Notes: a model not told the origin generated them from the sequence alone. A stretch of 64,000 nucleotides of DNA from Anaeromyxobacteraceae bacterium (GCA_032654565.1 JAULAX010000009.1:128001-192000), one strand, 5' to 3'; counted from the stretch's first letter, positions 1-10,025 are shown. Numbers and translations: made by a program.

Positions 1-631
1 GCCCCACGTGCAGCGTCACCGCCGCCCGCGCCACCCCACGCCCCTCCAGCCCGGCCAGCACCCCGGGGCTGAAGTGGAGCCCGGCGGTGGGGGCCGCGGC
101 GCTCCCCGGCCGGCTGGCGAAGATGGTCTGGTACCGCTCGGCGTCCCCGGCGTCGGCCTCCCGCCGGATGTAGGGCGGCAGCGGGATCCGGCCGACCCGC
201 GCCAGCGCCGCCTCCAGCGCCGCCCCGCCGCGGTCGAGCCGCACCTCGTAGAAGCCGTCGCCGGGGGCCGCCTCCACCACCGCCAGGAGCTCGCCGAAGC
301 GGAGCCGGGCCCCGGGACGGAGCGTCCGGGAGGCCTGCCCCATGGCCAGCCAGCGCGTCCCCATCTCGCCGTCGAGCGGCTCGAGCAGCAGCAGCTCGGC
401 CCGGCCCCCCGTCTCCTCCTTCTGGCCAATGAGGCGCGCCGGGATGACCCGGGTGTCGTTGAAGACCAGCAGGTCGCCGGCCCGCAGCAGGCCGGGCAGG
501 TCGGTGAAGGCCCGGTGCTCCACCGCCCCGGTCCGCGGCAGCACCAGCAGGCGCGAGGCGTCCCGCGGCGTCACCGGGGCCTGGGCGATCAGCCGCTCGG
601 GGAGCTCGAAGTCGAAGTCGGAGACCTGCAT
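1..631 (-). CDS. queA: S-adenosylmethionine:tRNA ribosyltransferase-isomerase, 5' part; runs off the window edge
   Basis: Manual translation (not in ORF track): MQVSDFDFELPERLIAQAPVTPRDASRLLV...IPLPPYIRR...YQTIFA...PGSAAAPTAGLHF. Confidence 0.95.
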   Translation of the reverse strand, partial: MQVSDFDFELPERLIAQAPVTPRDASRLLVLPRTGAVEHRAFTDLPGLLRAGDLLVFNDTRVIPARLIGQKEETGGRAELLLLEPLDGEMGTRWLAMGQASRTLRPGARLRFGELLAVVEAAPGDGFYEVRLDRGGAALEAALARVGRIPLPPYIRREADAGDAERYQTIFASRPGSAAAPTAGLHFSPGVLAGLEGRGVARAAVTLHVG

Positions 632-655
632 CACCGGACGCTGTGTAGCACGGGT

Positions 656-1756
656 TCAGTAGAGCCTGGTCAGCTCCGTCCCCGGGTAGTAGAGCCGCAG
701 GATGTCGCGGTAGCCCTTCCCTTCCCGGGCCAGGCCGGCGGCCCCCCACTGGCAGAGCCCGGCGCCGTGCCCCTGCCCCCGCCCGGTGAAGGTGAAGCTG
801 CCCCCGCGCTCCTTGACCTCGAAGGCCAGCGACGGCAGCTTGCTCCAGCCCAGCCGCTGGCGCAGGTCGGTCGCCGCCAGCACCAGCCGCTGGCCGCCCG
901 CCTGGAGCTCCACCCGGGAGGCGCGCCCGGAGGCGGTCGTCTCCGTCACCTTGAGCGAGGTGACCGGGCCGGACAGCCCCAGCGCCTTGCCCAGCTCGGC
1001 GCCGCTGCGGCCGAAGCTCCAGCGGGCCCCGGGGGCCTCGTTGCAGTGGCCGCAGGGGACCGAGGCCAGGTAGGGCAGGTCTCGCCCCAGCGCGTCGAGC
1101 CCCCGCTCGGTCCGCCCGCCGCAGGCGGAGTGGAAGAAGGCCTCGACCGGCTCGTTGCCGCGGACCAGCACCTCGCCGCGGGTGGCGTCGGCGGCGGCGC
1201 GCGCCGCGGGGTTGGGGGCGGCTCCGGCGTAGACCTGGGAGAGGACGTTGGCGCCGAGGTGGAAGGAGCGGCCGGCCACCTCGGCCTCGATCTTCTTCAC
1301 CAGCGCGTAGGTGCGGGCCGCCACCGCCTGGGCCTTCTGGGCCTCGGCGGGGAAGCTGGCCGGCAGCTCGCCGGAGAGGACCCCGGCCACGTAGTCGTCG
1401 AGCGGCAGCTCCTCGATGAGCCGCAGGCCGGCGGCGGCCCGCTCCACCACCGCCACCGTGGAGAGGACCCGGTCGCCCATGCGCAGCGGCCGGGGCGCGA
1501 CGATCACCGCCACCGGCCCGGTGTCGAGGCCGCCCACCCGCAGCCCGTCGCCGCGGGGCGCCACCTCCACGCTGGTCCCCGGGAGCGGCCGGGCCGGCGG
1601 CTCCTCCTGCCCCTCCTCGACCGGCGCCCGGAGCGTGAGCCGCTCGCCCTGGAGCCTGACGCTGGCCAGCCCCTCGGCCACCACCACGCGGATCAGCTCC
1701 TCGGCGCGGGCCGGGAGCGCGGCCAGCAGCAGCAGGGCCAGGAGGCGGAGGGGCAC
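656..1756 (-). CDS. SpoIID/LytB-domain protein
   Basis: Signal peptide; YVAGVLSGE..EAQKAQAVAARTY, SQVY, GHGAGLCQWGA, ILRLYYPG motifs; upstream of queA. Confidence 0.9.
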   Translation of the reverse strand: MPLRLLALLLLAALPARAEELIRVVVAEGLASVRLQGERLTLRAPVEEGQEEPPARPLPGTSVEVAPRGDGLRVGGLDTGPVAVIVAPRPLRMGDRVLSTVAVVERAAAGLRLIEELPLDDYVAGVLSGELPASFPAEAQKAQAVAARTYALVKKIEAEVAGRSFHLGANVLSQVYAGAAPNPAARAAADATRGEVLVRGNEPVEAFFHSACGGRTERGLDALGRDLPYLASVPCGHCNEAPGARWSFGRSGAELGKALGLSGPVTSLKVTETTASGRASRVELQAGGQRLVLAATDLRQRLGWSKLPSLAFEVKERGGSFTFTGRGQGHGAGLCQWGAAGLAREGKGYRDILRLYYPGTELTRLY

Positions 1757-1860
1757 CGGGGGATTGTCGGGGCGGCGGGCGCCCCCGTCCAGCGGACGTC
1801 TCCCCTCCGGCGGCCCGCCGGCGGCATGGCCCGGGGGGCGGCGGCGCGGTACAAGGTCGG

Positions 1861-2481
1861 GTGGCCGCCCTCCAGTGGATCCTCGACCTGCTCCGCAACC
1901 CCGGCGAGATCATCGTCTGGGGCGGCTACCCGGCGCTCGCCGCCATCGTCTTCCTCGAGACCGGGGCCATGGTCTTCTTCCTCCCCGGCGACTCGCTGCT
2001 GGTCATGGCCGGGCTCTACGCGGCCAAGGGCGACCTCGACATCCTGGTGCTCAACGGCCTGCTCATCCCCCTGGCCATCGCCGGCGACGCCACCTCCTAC
2101 TGGATCGGCACCCGCGCCGGGCCGCACCTCTTCAACCGGCCGCGCTCCCGCTTCTTCCGCCCCGAGCACATCCGGGCGGCCCACGAGTTCTACGAGCGGC
2201 ACGGCGGCAAGGCCATCATCCTCGCCCGCTTCATGCCGCTGGTCCGCACCTTCGTCCCGGTGGTGGCCGGCATCGGCGGCATGAGCTACCGGCGCTTCGC
2301 CGCCTTCAACGTGGTCGGCGCCACCGCCTGGGTGGCCTCGATGACGCTGACCGGCTACGTGCTGGGCAGCCGCTTCCCGCTGCTGGTGCAGCACATCGAG
2401 AAGGTGATCATCGTGGTGGTGGTGCTCTCCATCCTGCCCGGCGTCTTCGAGTGGTGGAAGGCGCGGCGGCGGGCGGTCTAG
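1861..2481 (+). CDS. DedA/VTT family membrane protein
   Basis: FLETG..FFLPGDSLL, GDATSYWIG, ARFMPLVRTFVPVVAG. Confidence 0.93.
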   Translation: MAALQWILDLLRNPGEIIVWGGYPALAAIVFLETGAMVFFLPGDSLLVMAGLYAAKGDLDILVLNGLLIPLAIAGDATSYWIGTRAGPHLFNRPRSRFFRPEHIRAAHEFYERHGGKAIILARFMPLVRTFVPVVAGIGGMSYRRFAAFNVVGATAWVASMTLTGYVLGSRFPLLVQHIEKVIIVVVVLSILPGVFEWWKARRRAV

Positions 2482-4319
2482 CGGGCCGGCGCCTCGTTGG
2501 CGGCGCCCAGCAGCAGCGGGATGCGGACGCCGATCATCTCCCCCTCGAAGGGCGGGAAGAGCAGCCGGGTGGCCGCGCGGCGCAGGCAGGCCCCCAGCGG
2601 AGAGGCCTCGATGTCCGCCTCCTCCACCTCGGAGGCCTCGACCAGGCCGCCGTTGCCGACGAAGACCAGCAGCGCCACCTTCCGGCCCGCCAGGGCGTCT
2701 CCGCCCGGCGCGCTGCGGGCGCCCTCCATGCACCGGTCGAAGGCGACCCGTTGCCGGTTGATGGCCACCTGGACGGCGGCGGGAGACATCCCCTTGCCTG
2801 CGGCCGCCGGGGGGGCGGCCGGGGCGCGAGCGGGGGCCGGGGCCGGCGCCGGCGTGACCGCCGGGGCGGCCACCGGGGCGGGGGGCGCGGCCGCCACGGG
2901 AGCGGGGGGCGGGGCCGGCGCGGCCACCTTCGGCTCCGCGGGACCCTTCACGGCGGGCCTGGCCTCCTCCTTCGCGGCCGCGGCGGGGGCCCGGACCCTG
3001 GGCGCGGGGGCTGGCCTGGCCTCGCCGCGCTTCGGCGCGGGCGGCGCGACCTTGACCAGCGGTGGCTCGACCGCTGCGACCTTGACCGGCGGTGGCTCCA
3101 CCGCGGCGACCTTCACCGGCGGTGGCTCGACCGGCGCGACCTTGACCGGCGGTGGCTCGGCCGCCGCCACCTTGACCGGCGGTGGCTCCACCGCAGCGAC
3201 CTTCGCCAATGGTGGCTCGACCGGCGCAGGGCTGGGGCTCGGAGGCTTCGCTGGCCTCGGCGGCTCGACGGGCGGGGGAACCTCCGCCAGCTCGGGGGGG
3301 ACGACCCGGAGCCTGGGGGGCGGGGCGGCCGGCTCACCGGTCAGGAACATGACGGACCCGACCAGCGTCACCAGCGAGGCGATCCCGGCCACACCCCAGA
3401 GGAGACCGCGCAGCCGCGCCGAGGCCACGGCCGGACCAGCGCCGGGTCCGGCCGGCGCCAACGGAGCGGCCTCCTCCGGGAGCGGCGGGAGCCGGATCGG
3501 CTCGATGACCGTCGGCTCCGACGCCGACCTCTCGTCCGGGTCCTCGGCCTCGCCGGGGGCGGAGAGCTCCAGGGCGGGAGGCGGAGGCGGGATCGGGCCC
3601 GCCGGCGTGAAGCGTGGCGGGGGCGCCGGGAGCGGCAGCGTCGGCGCCCGGGGCGCAGGCGGCGGAGGAGCTGGGAGCGGGGTCGGCAGCGACGGGCGCG
3701 CCGGTGCCGAGAAGGGAAGCGTGGTCGGCGGCGACGGGCGCGCCGGTGCCGAGAAGGGGAGCGTGGTCGCCCGGGGCGGCGACGGGAGCGGGACCGGCGG
3801 CGTGAGGCGCGCCGGCTCCGGGAGCGGCGGCTTCGCCCAGGGAGGTGCCGGCAGCGGGTTCGGCGGGGTGAGGCGCGCCGGCTCCGGGAGCGGCGTGGTC
3901 GCCCGGGGTGGTGGCGGTGGCGGCGCGGGCGGCGCCGGCAGCGGGACCGGCGTCAGCCGACCGGTGCCGGGCGGGGACGCCTGGGCCTTCACCGGCTGCA
4001 GCGGCGTGGTCCGGGGCGGTGGGAAGGCGAAGGGCTGGGTCCGGGGTGGCGGCGCCGGGAGCGGGATCGACGGCGTCTGGACGGTCCGCGCCGCCGGCAG
4101 CGGCAGGGTCGACGCCGGGCTCCGGGTGGCCGGCGCCGGTGGCGCCAGCCAGGTCGGCGACGCCGGCTCCCGCGCCACGGCCTCGGGGGTCGATCCCGCG
4201 GCCGGCGTCTCGACGCGGATCACGGTCCCGCAGTTGCAGCGGTGACGATAGACGCGACCGGGCTGCGGCTCGGCCGCGCTCGTGTAGCGCCGTCCACATT
4301 GCTGGCAGGCGAACCGCAC
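2478..4319 (-). CDS. Zn-ribbon, Pro-rich, single-TM protein with AgmX/PglI-like (TonB-C-like) C-terminal domain
   Basis: N-terminal CQQC..CNCG; central TM LLWGVAGIASLVTLVGSVMFL; C-terminal RC..LGACLRRAATRLLFPPFEG. Confidence 0.65.
   Translation of the reverse strand: MRFACQQCGRRYTSAAEPQPGRVYRHRCNCGTVIRVETPAAGSTPEAVAREPASPTWLAPPAPATRSPASTLPLPAARTVQTPSIPLPAPPPRTQPFAFPPPRTTPLQPVKAQASPPGTGRLTPVPLPAPPAPPPPPPRATTPLPEPARLTPPNPLPAPPWAKPPLPEPARLTPPVPLPSPPRATTLPFSAPARPSPPTTLPFSAPARPSLPTPLPAPPPPAPRAPTLPLPAPPPRFTPAGPIPPPPPALELSAPGEAEDPDERSASEPTVIEPIRLPPLPEEAAPLAPAGPGAGPAVASARLRGLLWGVAGIASLVTLVGSVMFLTGEPAAPPPRLRVVPPELAEVPPPVEPPRPAKPPSPSPAPVEPPLAKVAAVEPPPVKVAAAEPPPVKVAPVEPPPVKVAAVEPPPVKVAAVEPPLVKVAPPAPKRGEARPAPAPRVRAPAAAAKEEARPAVKGPAEPKVAAPAPPPAPVAAAPPAPVAAPAVTPAPAPAPARAPAAPPAAAGKGMSPAAVQVAINRQRVAFDRCMEGARSAPGGDALAGRKVALLVFVGNGGLVEASEVEEADIEASPLGACLRRAATRLLFPPFEGEMIGVRIPLLLGAANEAPAR
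3051..3227. repeat. 30-bp coding tandem repeat, about 6 copies (VEPPPVKVAA)
   Basis: cttgaccggcggtggctc...gcgac recurs with period 30. Confidence 0.9.
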
Positions 4320-4333
4320 CGGTGCAGACTACC

Positions 4334-5524
4334 CTAGCTCGGCGCCGTTCGCCCACCGTACCAGCGATCGTCGTAGCCGCAGGCCAGGTCCACCCCCGGT
4401 GGATCGGGGTAGAAGACCGGCGCCCCGGCGTGGCTCATCAGCCAGGTACCACGCACTCCGCGCTCCACCGCCTGCCCCAGCCCGGCGCCGGAACCGCCCA
4501 CCACGTAATCGGGCGCTATCGTCACCTTCCCGCCCCCATCGGGGAGGTCCACGGCCAGGTGCGGGAGCGCCAGGCCGCTCACCTTCCCGCGCAGCTGGCG
4601 CAGCAGGTCGGCGCCGGCGGCCAGCGGCGTGCGCAGGTGGGCGGTCCCCTCCACCAGGTCGCCCTGGTGCAGGTAGAGGCTGCGGACCCGCCGCGCCAGC
4701 AGTCCGGTGAAGAGGTCGCCGAGCAGCCGCGCCGTGGAGTTGAGGCCGCGCAGCAGCACCGCCTGGTTCTCCACCGGCACGCCGCCGTCCACCAGGCGGG
4801 CGCAGGCCTCGCCGGCCTCCGGCGTCAGCTCCTTGGGGTGGTTGAAGTGGGTGATGACGAAGAGCGGGGCGTGGCGGCGGAGCAGCCGCACCAGGGCGTC
4901 GTCGACCCGCATGGGGAGGACCACCGGGGCCCGGGTGGCCAGCCGAAGCACCTCGAGGTGGGGGATGGCGCGCAGCGGGCCGAGGATGGACGCCAGCCGC
5001 TCGTCGGAGAGGACGCCGGGGTCGCCGCCGGAGACGATCACCTCGCGCAGCTCCGGCTGCCCGGCGATCCAGGCGATCCCCTCCTCGACGGCGGCGCGGT
5101 CGAAGGCCCCCTCCTCGCCGCCGGTGATGCGGCGGCGGGTGCAGTGGCGGCAGTAGACCGGGCAGGTGTCGGTGACCAGCAGCAGGGCGCGGTCCGGGTA
5201 CTTGCGCACCACCGCCCGCACCGGCCGGTGCGGCTCCTCGCCGGTGGGGTCGCGCTGGTCCCCGGCGGCGGCCGCGCCCTCCTCGCCGAGCGGGATGGCC
5301 TGGCGGCGCACCGGGCAGGCCGGGTGGGAGGGATCCATGAGCGCCGCGTAGTAGGGGGTCACCGCCGTGCGCAGGCCACCGAGCGCCAGGCCGCGCCGCT
5401 CCCCGTCGGTGAGCGCCACCAGCCGCCCCAGCTCCTCGCCGGTCCGCAGCGCGTGGCGCAGCTGCCAGCGCCAGTCGCGCCAGTCGGCCTCGCTCACACC
5501 GGGGAATCTCTCGCGCCAGTCCAT
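4334..5524 (-). CDS. KamA-family radical SAM aminomutase, paralog 1
   Basis: Start refined to MDWRERFPG; DWRWQL, CPVYCRHCTRRR, SGGDP, HFNHP, DLPDGGGK (PLP lysine). Confidence 0.92.
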   Translation of the reverse strand: MDWRERFPGVSEADWRDWRWQLRHALRTGEELGRLVALTDGERRGLALGGLRTAVTPYYAALMDPSHPACPVRRQAIPLGEEGAAAAGDQRDPTGEEPHRPVRAVVRKYPDRALLLVTDTCPVYCRHCTRRRITGGEEGAFDRAAVEEGIAWIAGQPELREVIVSGGDPGVLSDERLASILGPLRAIPHLEVLRLATRAPVVLPMRVDDALVRLLRRHAPLFVITHFNHPKELTPEAGEACARLVDGGVPVENQAVLLRGLNSTARLLGDLFTGLLARRVRSLYLHQGDLVEGTAHLRTPLAAGADLLRQLRGKVSGLALPHLAVDLPDGGGKVTIAPDYVVGGSGAGLGQAVERGVRGTWLMSHAGAPVFYPDPPGVDLACGYDDRWYGGRTAPS

Positions 5525-5621
5525 CGCAGGTGGCGCGACCGGTACCACGGGACGCGGCGGCGCGGAAGCTCGCGGCCGCGCCCCGCCGGGTCGAACCGGC
5601 CGGCCACCCGCCCCCGGGACG

Positions 5622-5636
5622 TGGCACACTCCGCGC
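5622..5636 (+). promoter_or_regulatory. Candidate sigma54 (-24/-12) promoter
   Basis: TGGCAC-ACTCCGC-GC gives GG-N10-GC, 54 nt upstream of the kamA paralog 2 ATG; -12 box imperfect. Confidence 0.45.
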
Positions 5637-5690
5637 CGTCGACATAGGTTCTGGCTGTCCGGGCTCGACTCCCGGAGAGGAGCGTGCGAG

Positions 5691-6902
5691 ATGGCGAGCA
5701 TCCCCGACGTGGCCGCACCGGTCAGCGCACCGGCCCCGACACCGACCCCCGCCCCGGCGCCGGCTCCGGTGCCCATCAACCACGTCCGCTCCCGCTTCCC
5801 CTACGCCGCCCGCTCCATCTGGAAGGGCGTCCCCGAGGCCCAGTGGAACGACTGGCACTGGCAGCAGCGCGAGCGGGTCACCTCGCTGGAGCAGCTCGAC
5901 CGGGTCATCCAGCTCACCGACGACGAGCGGCGGGCGGTCATCGAGGCCGACGCCCAGTTCCACATGGGCATCACCCCCTACTACGCCGCCCTGATGGACC
6001 CGCAGGACCCCACCTGCCCGGTGCGGCTGCAGTCGGTGCCGACCATGGGGGAGCTCACCTACACCGCCGCCGACCTGGAGGATCCGCTGGCCGAGGAGCG
6101 GGACATGCCGGTGCCCGGCATCACCCACCGCTACCCGGACCGGGTCCTCTTCTACACCACGCACAACTGCCCGGTGTACTGCCGCCACTGCACCCGCAAG
6201 CGCAAGGTGGCCGACCCCAGCAGCGCCGCCGCCAAGAGCCAGATCGAGCAGAGCCTGGCCTACATCGCGCTCCACACCGAGATCCGCGACGTGGTCATCT
6301 CCGGCGGCGACCCGCTCTCGCTCTCCGACGACCGGCTCGACGACATCCTCGGCCGGCTGCGGGCCATCCCCCACGTCGAGATCTTCCGGCTGGGGACGCG
6401 CAACCTGGTGACCCTGCCGCAGCGGATCACCGACGACCTGGTGCAGATGCTCAAGAAGCACCAGCCGGTCTACGTCAACACCCACTTCAACCACCCCCGC
6501 GAGTGCACCGGCGAGGCCTTCGACGCCGCCCGCCGCCTCGCCGACGCCGGCTGCGTCATCGGCAACCAGATGGTGCTGCTCAAGGGGATCAACGACGACC
6601 CGCGCATCGTCAAGGAGCTGAACCACAAGCTGCTGATGATGCGCATCCGCCCCTACTACATCTACCAGTGCGACCTGGCCCGGGGCATCAGCCACTTCCG
6701 CACCCCCATCGAAGCGGGGCGGCGCATCATCCGCTCGCTGCGCGGCCACACCAGCGGCATGGCCGTCCCCTACTTCGTGGTCGACGCCCCGCAGGGCGGC
6801 GGCAAGATCCCGGTCAACCCCGACTACGTGGTGCGCCACGAGGGGAAGCGCTGGGTGCTGCGCAACTTCGCCGGCAAGGAGTTCACCTACGACGAGCCGT
6901 GA
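5691..6902 (+). CDS. KamA-family lysine 2,3-aminomutase-like radical SAM enzyme, paralog 2
   Basis: GGAGAGGAG SD then MASIPD; CPVYCRHCTRKR, YQCD, VVDAPQGGGKIP. Confidence 0.93.
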   Translation: MASIPDVAAPVSAPAPTPTPAPAPAPVPINHVRSRFPYAARSIWKGVPEAQWNDWHWQQRERVTSLEQLDRVIQLTDDERRAVIEADAQFHMGITPYYAALMDPQDPTCPVRLQSVPTMGELTYTAADLEDPLAEERDMPVPGITHRYPDRVLFYTTHNCPVYCRHCTRKRKVADPSSAAAKSQIEQSLAYIALHTEIRDVVISGGDPLSLSDDRLDDILGRLRAIPHVEIFRLGTRNLVTLPQRITDDLVQMLKKHQPVYVNTHFNHPRECTGEAFDAARRLADAGCVIGNQMVLLKGINDDPRIVKELNHKLLMMRIRPYYIYQCDLARGISHFRTPIEAGRRIIRSLRGHTSGMAVPYFVVDAPQGGGKIPVNPDYVVRHEGKRWVLRNFAGKEFTYDEP

Positions 6903-6947
6903 GGGCGGCGGGCGCTCCCGGCCCGGCGACGGCGGGGGCCCGGCGGC

Positions 6948-7421
6948 TCACGCCCCGGCCGGGGGCGGCGCGCCCCACATCGCCTCGATCACCTTGCGGC
7001 GGTGCTCGAAGATGGTCTCCACCTGGCGGCGCACCAGCAGCACCCGGGCCAGCTCGCCCAGCGGGCCGAAGGGGAGCTGGTACTCCACCCGGTCGCCGAT
7101 GAGCGTGCCGCCCGGGGCGTCGGCGAAGGTGTGGGTGTGGTGCCAGCGGCGGTAGGGGCCGCGCCGCTGCACGTCGACGAAGCGGACGCCCGGCTCGTAG
7201 ACCTCGATCTCGGTCCGCCAGCGGAAGCCCACCCCGAAGAGCGAGAGCCGGTAGTCGATGAGCGCCCCCGGCCGCAGCGCGATGGGGGCCGGGGTGAGGA
7301 TCTGGAAGTGCAGGAAGCCGGGGGTGAGCCGCTCCAGGTTGTGGGCGTCGGCGAAGAACTCGAAGACCTCGGCGCGGGGGCGCGGGACCAGCTGGGTCCG
7401 CTCCAGCAGGTGGATGGCCAT
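6948..7421 (-). CDS. SRPBCC family protein
   Basis: VFEFFADAHNLERLTP, FVDVQRRGPYRRWHHTHTF. Confidence 0.88.
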   Translation of the reverse strand: MAIHLLERTQLVPRPRAEVFEFFADAHNLERLTPGFLHFQILTPAPIALRPGALIDYRLSLFGVGFRWRTEIEVYEPGVRFVDVQRRGPYRRWHHTHTFADAPGGTLIGDRVEYQLPFGPLGELARVLLVRRQVETIFEHRRKVIEAMWGAPPPAGA

Positions 7422-7425
7422 GTCG

Positions 7426-7830
7426 CTAGATCACGGCCACGGCGTCGATCTCGACCCGGGCCCCCCGCGGCAGCCCCGCCACCTGCACGGTGGCCCGGGC
7501 CGGCGGGGTGGCGGTGAAGGAGCGCCCGTAGACCTCGTTCATCCTGGCGAAGTCGGCCAGGTCGGTCAGGTAGACGGTGGTCTTCACCACCTGCGCGAAG
7601 CCGCCGCCGCTGGCGGCCAGCACCGCCTCCAGGTTCTTCATCACCCGCTCCGTCTCCTCCTCGATGGTCCCCTTCACCAGCTCGCCGGTCTTCGGGTCCA
7701 GCGGGATCTGGCCGGAGAGGAAGACCAGCGCCCCGGGCGAGCGCCCCGGCGGGTCGGTGCGGACCAGGGTGGCCTGGCTGTAGGGGCCGATGGCCCGGGG
7801 CGCGTCGCTGGTGGAGATGGCCTCGTGCAT
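7426..7830 (-). CDS. ridA: RidA/YjgF family imine deaminase
   Basis: APRAIGPYSQA, SGQIPLDP, VVKTTVYL, PPARATVQVAGLP..VEIDA; true start is inside the longer ORF. Confidence 0.92.
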   Translation of the reverse strand: MHEAISTSDAPRAIGPYSQATLVRTDPPGRSPGALVFLSGQIPLDPKTGELVKGTIEEETERVMKNLEAVLAASGGGFAQVVKTTVYLTDLADFARMNEVYGRSFTATPPARATVQVAGLPRGARVEIDAVAVI

Positions 7831-7853
7831 GGTGCTCCTCGGTTGGGCGCCGC

Positions 7854-10025
7854 TCAGACGCGGTCGGCCGCGTGGACCCCGTCGATGCGCTGGACGTCGC
7901 GGAGCACCCCGGTCAGCTCCTTGACCCCGGTGATCTCCACCTGCAGGTCGACCACGGCGCGATCCCCGGCGGTCTTGACGTTGGCCAGCGAGATGTTGAT
8001 GTCGGCCTCGGCGAAGGCCCGGGTGATCTTGGCCAGCAGGCCGGGGCGATCGGTGGCGACGATGCGCACCGCCACCGGCCGCTTGAAGCCGCCCTTGACG
8101 TCCCAGGTGACGTCGACGCGCCGCTCGGCCGGGCTCTCCAGCACCTTGTCGCAGGCGGCGGTGTGGACGGTGACGCCGCGCCCGCGGGTGATGAAGCCGA
8201 CGATGGCGTCGCCGGGGACCGGGTTGCAGCACTTGCCGTAGCGCACCAGCATGTCGTCGACGCCGCTGACCCGCACCCCGCTGGCGGCGGAGCGGCCCGC
8301 CACCTTGCGGAAGAGCTCGGAGAGGCGCGAGGCGGGGGCCTCCGGGGCGGGCGGCGCCTGCAGCTGCTCCTGGGGGAGGAGCTGGGCCAGCAGCTGCTGG
8401 GTGGAGACCTTGCCGTAGCCGATGCCGGCCAGCAGGTCGTCGCCGTTGCGGTAGCCGAACGGCGCCGCCGCCTTGGCCAGGGCCCCGGACTTCTCCACCT
8501 TGTTGAGCGAGAGGCCGTACTTGCGCAGGTCCTTCTCGGCCAGCTCCCGGCCGATCTCCAGGGAGCGGCGCTGCTCCTCCTGGCGGATGTACTGGCGGAT
8601 GCGGGCCTGCCCGCGGCTGGTCTTGACGAAGCCGAGCCAGTCCTTGGAGGGGTGGGCGTGCGGCGAGGTGAGGATCTCCACCGAGTCGCCGTTCTTGAGC
8701 TGGTGGCGCAGCGGCACCAGCTTGCCGTTGACCTTGGCGCCGACGCAGTGGCTGCCGATCTCGGAGTGGATGGTGAAGGCGAAGTCGACCGGGGTGGCCC
8801 CGCGCGGCAGGGCCCGGATGGCCCCCTTGGGCGTGAAGACGAAGACCTCGTCGGAGAAGAGGTCGACCTTGACCGTCTCGAGGAACTCGCGCGGGTCGTC
8901 CACCTCCTGCTGGAACTCCACCAGCTGGCGGAGCCAGCCGAACTGGGCGGCGTCCTTGGCGGTGAGCGGCTGCCCCGAGCCGTCGCGCCCCGCCTCCTTG
9001 TAGGCCCAGTGGGCGGCCACGCCCTCCTCGGCGACCCGGTGCATCTCCGCGGTGCGGATCTGCACCTCGATGCGCTCGCCGCGCGGGCCCACCACGGTGG
9101 TGTGGAGCGACTGGTAGCCGTTGGGCTTGGGGATGGCCACGTAGTCCTTGAAGCGCCCCGGCACCGGCTTCCACAACGAGTGGATGACCCCCAGCGACTC
9201 GTAGCACTCGGCCACCGAGGCGACGATGACCCTGAAGCCGATGACGTCCTGGATCTGGTCGAAGTCGACGTCGAGCTGGCGCATCTTCCGCCAGACCGAG
9301 TAGGTGTGCTTGACCCGCCCGGAGACGTCGGGCTTCAGCCCCTGGGCCTCCAGCTTCTCGCGGATGATGGCCACCACCTCGGCGACGAACTTCTCCTTCT
9401 CGCGGGCGATGGCGGCGATGCGCCCGGCCAGGTCGAGGTGGTCGGTGGGGCGCAGGTACTTGAAGGAGAGCTCCTCCAGCTCGGTCTTGACCCACTGGAT
9501 GCCGAGCCGGTTGGCCAGCGGCGCGTAGATGTCCAGGGTCTCCTGGGCGATCCGCTCCTGGGACTCCGGCTTCATGTGGTCGAGCGTCCGCATGTTGTGG
9601 GTGCGGTCGGCCAGCTTCACCAGCAGGACCCGGATGTCCTTGGCCATGGCCACCACCATCTTGCGGAAGTTCTCCGCCTGCTTCTCCTCCCGGGTGTCGG
9701 CGGCGCTGAACTGCGAGAGCTTGGTGACCCCCTCGACCAGGTCGGCGATCTCGGCGCCGAACAGCCCGGCGATCTCCTCGCGGGTGGCCAGGGTGTCCTC
9801 GATGGTGTCGTGGAGCATCCCGGTGACCACGCTGGCCTCGTCGAGCTTGAGCTCGGCGAGGATGCCGGCCACCTCGAGCGGGTGGACCAGGTAGGGCTCG
9901 CCCGACTTGCGCAGCTGCCCCTGGTGGACCTTGGCCGAGTAGACGTAGGCCTTCTTGATCAGGTCGAGGTCGGGGTCCGGGTGGTAGCTGGCGACCCGGT
10001 CGAGGATGTCATTGAGGCGCAGCAA
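7854..10025 (-). CDS. relA: Bifunctional (p)ppGpp synthetase/hydrolase (long RSH)
   Basis: Intact HD (LHDTIEDT), synthetase YQSLHT/EVQIRT, TGS, CCNP and ACT domains. Confidence 0.97.
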   Translation of the reverse strand: MLRLNDILDRVASYHPDPDLDLIKKAYVYSAKVHQGQLRKSGEPYLVHPLEVAGILAELKLDEASVVTGMLHDTIEDTLATREEIAGLFGAEIADLVEGVTKLSQFSAADTREEKQAENFRKMVVAMAKDIRVLLVKLADRTHNMRTLDHMKPESQERIAQETLDIYAPLANRLGIQWVKTELEELSFKYLRPTDHLDLAGRIAAIAREKEKFVAEVVAIIREKLEAQGLKPDVSGRVKHTYSVWRKMRQLDVDFDQIQDVIGFRVIVASVAECYESLGVIHSLWKPVPGRFKDYVAIPKPNGYQSLHTTVVGPRGERIEVQIRTAEMHRVAEEGVAAHWAYKEAGRDGSGQPLTAKDAAQFGWLRQLVEFQQEVDDPREFLETVKVDLFSDEVFVFTPKGAIRALPRGATPVDFAFTIHSEIGSHCVGAKVNGKLVPLRHQLKNGDSVEILTSPHAHPSKDWLGFVKTSRGQARIRQYIRQEEQRRSLEIGRELAEKDLRKYGLSLNKVEKSGALAKAAAPFGYRNGDDLLAGIGYGKVSTQQLLAQLLPQEQLQAPPAPEAPASRLSELFRKVAGRSAASGVRVSGVDDMLVRYGKCCNPVPGDAIVGFITRGRGVTVHTAACDKVLESPAERRVDVTWDVKGGFKRPVAVRIVATDRPGLLAKITRAFAEADINISLANVKTAGDRAVVDLQVEITGVKELTGVLRDVQRIDGVHAADRV

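Noticed and set aside
7426..9495. 689-aa extended RidA
   Set aside because: The extension is an alternative frame of rel; RidA has its own SD and ATG at 7830.
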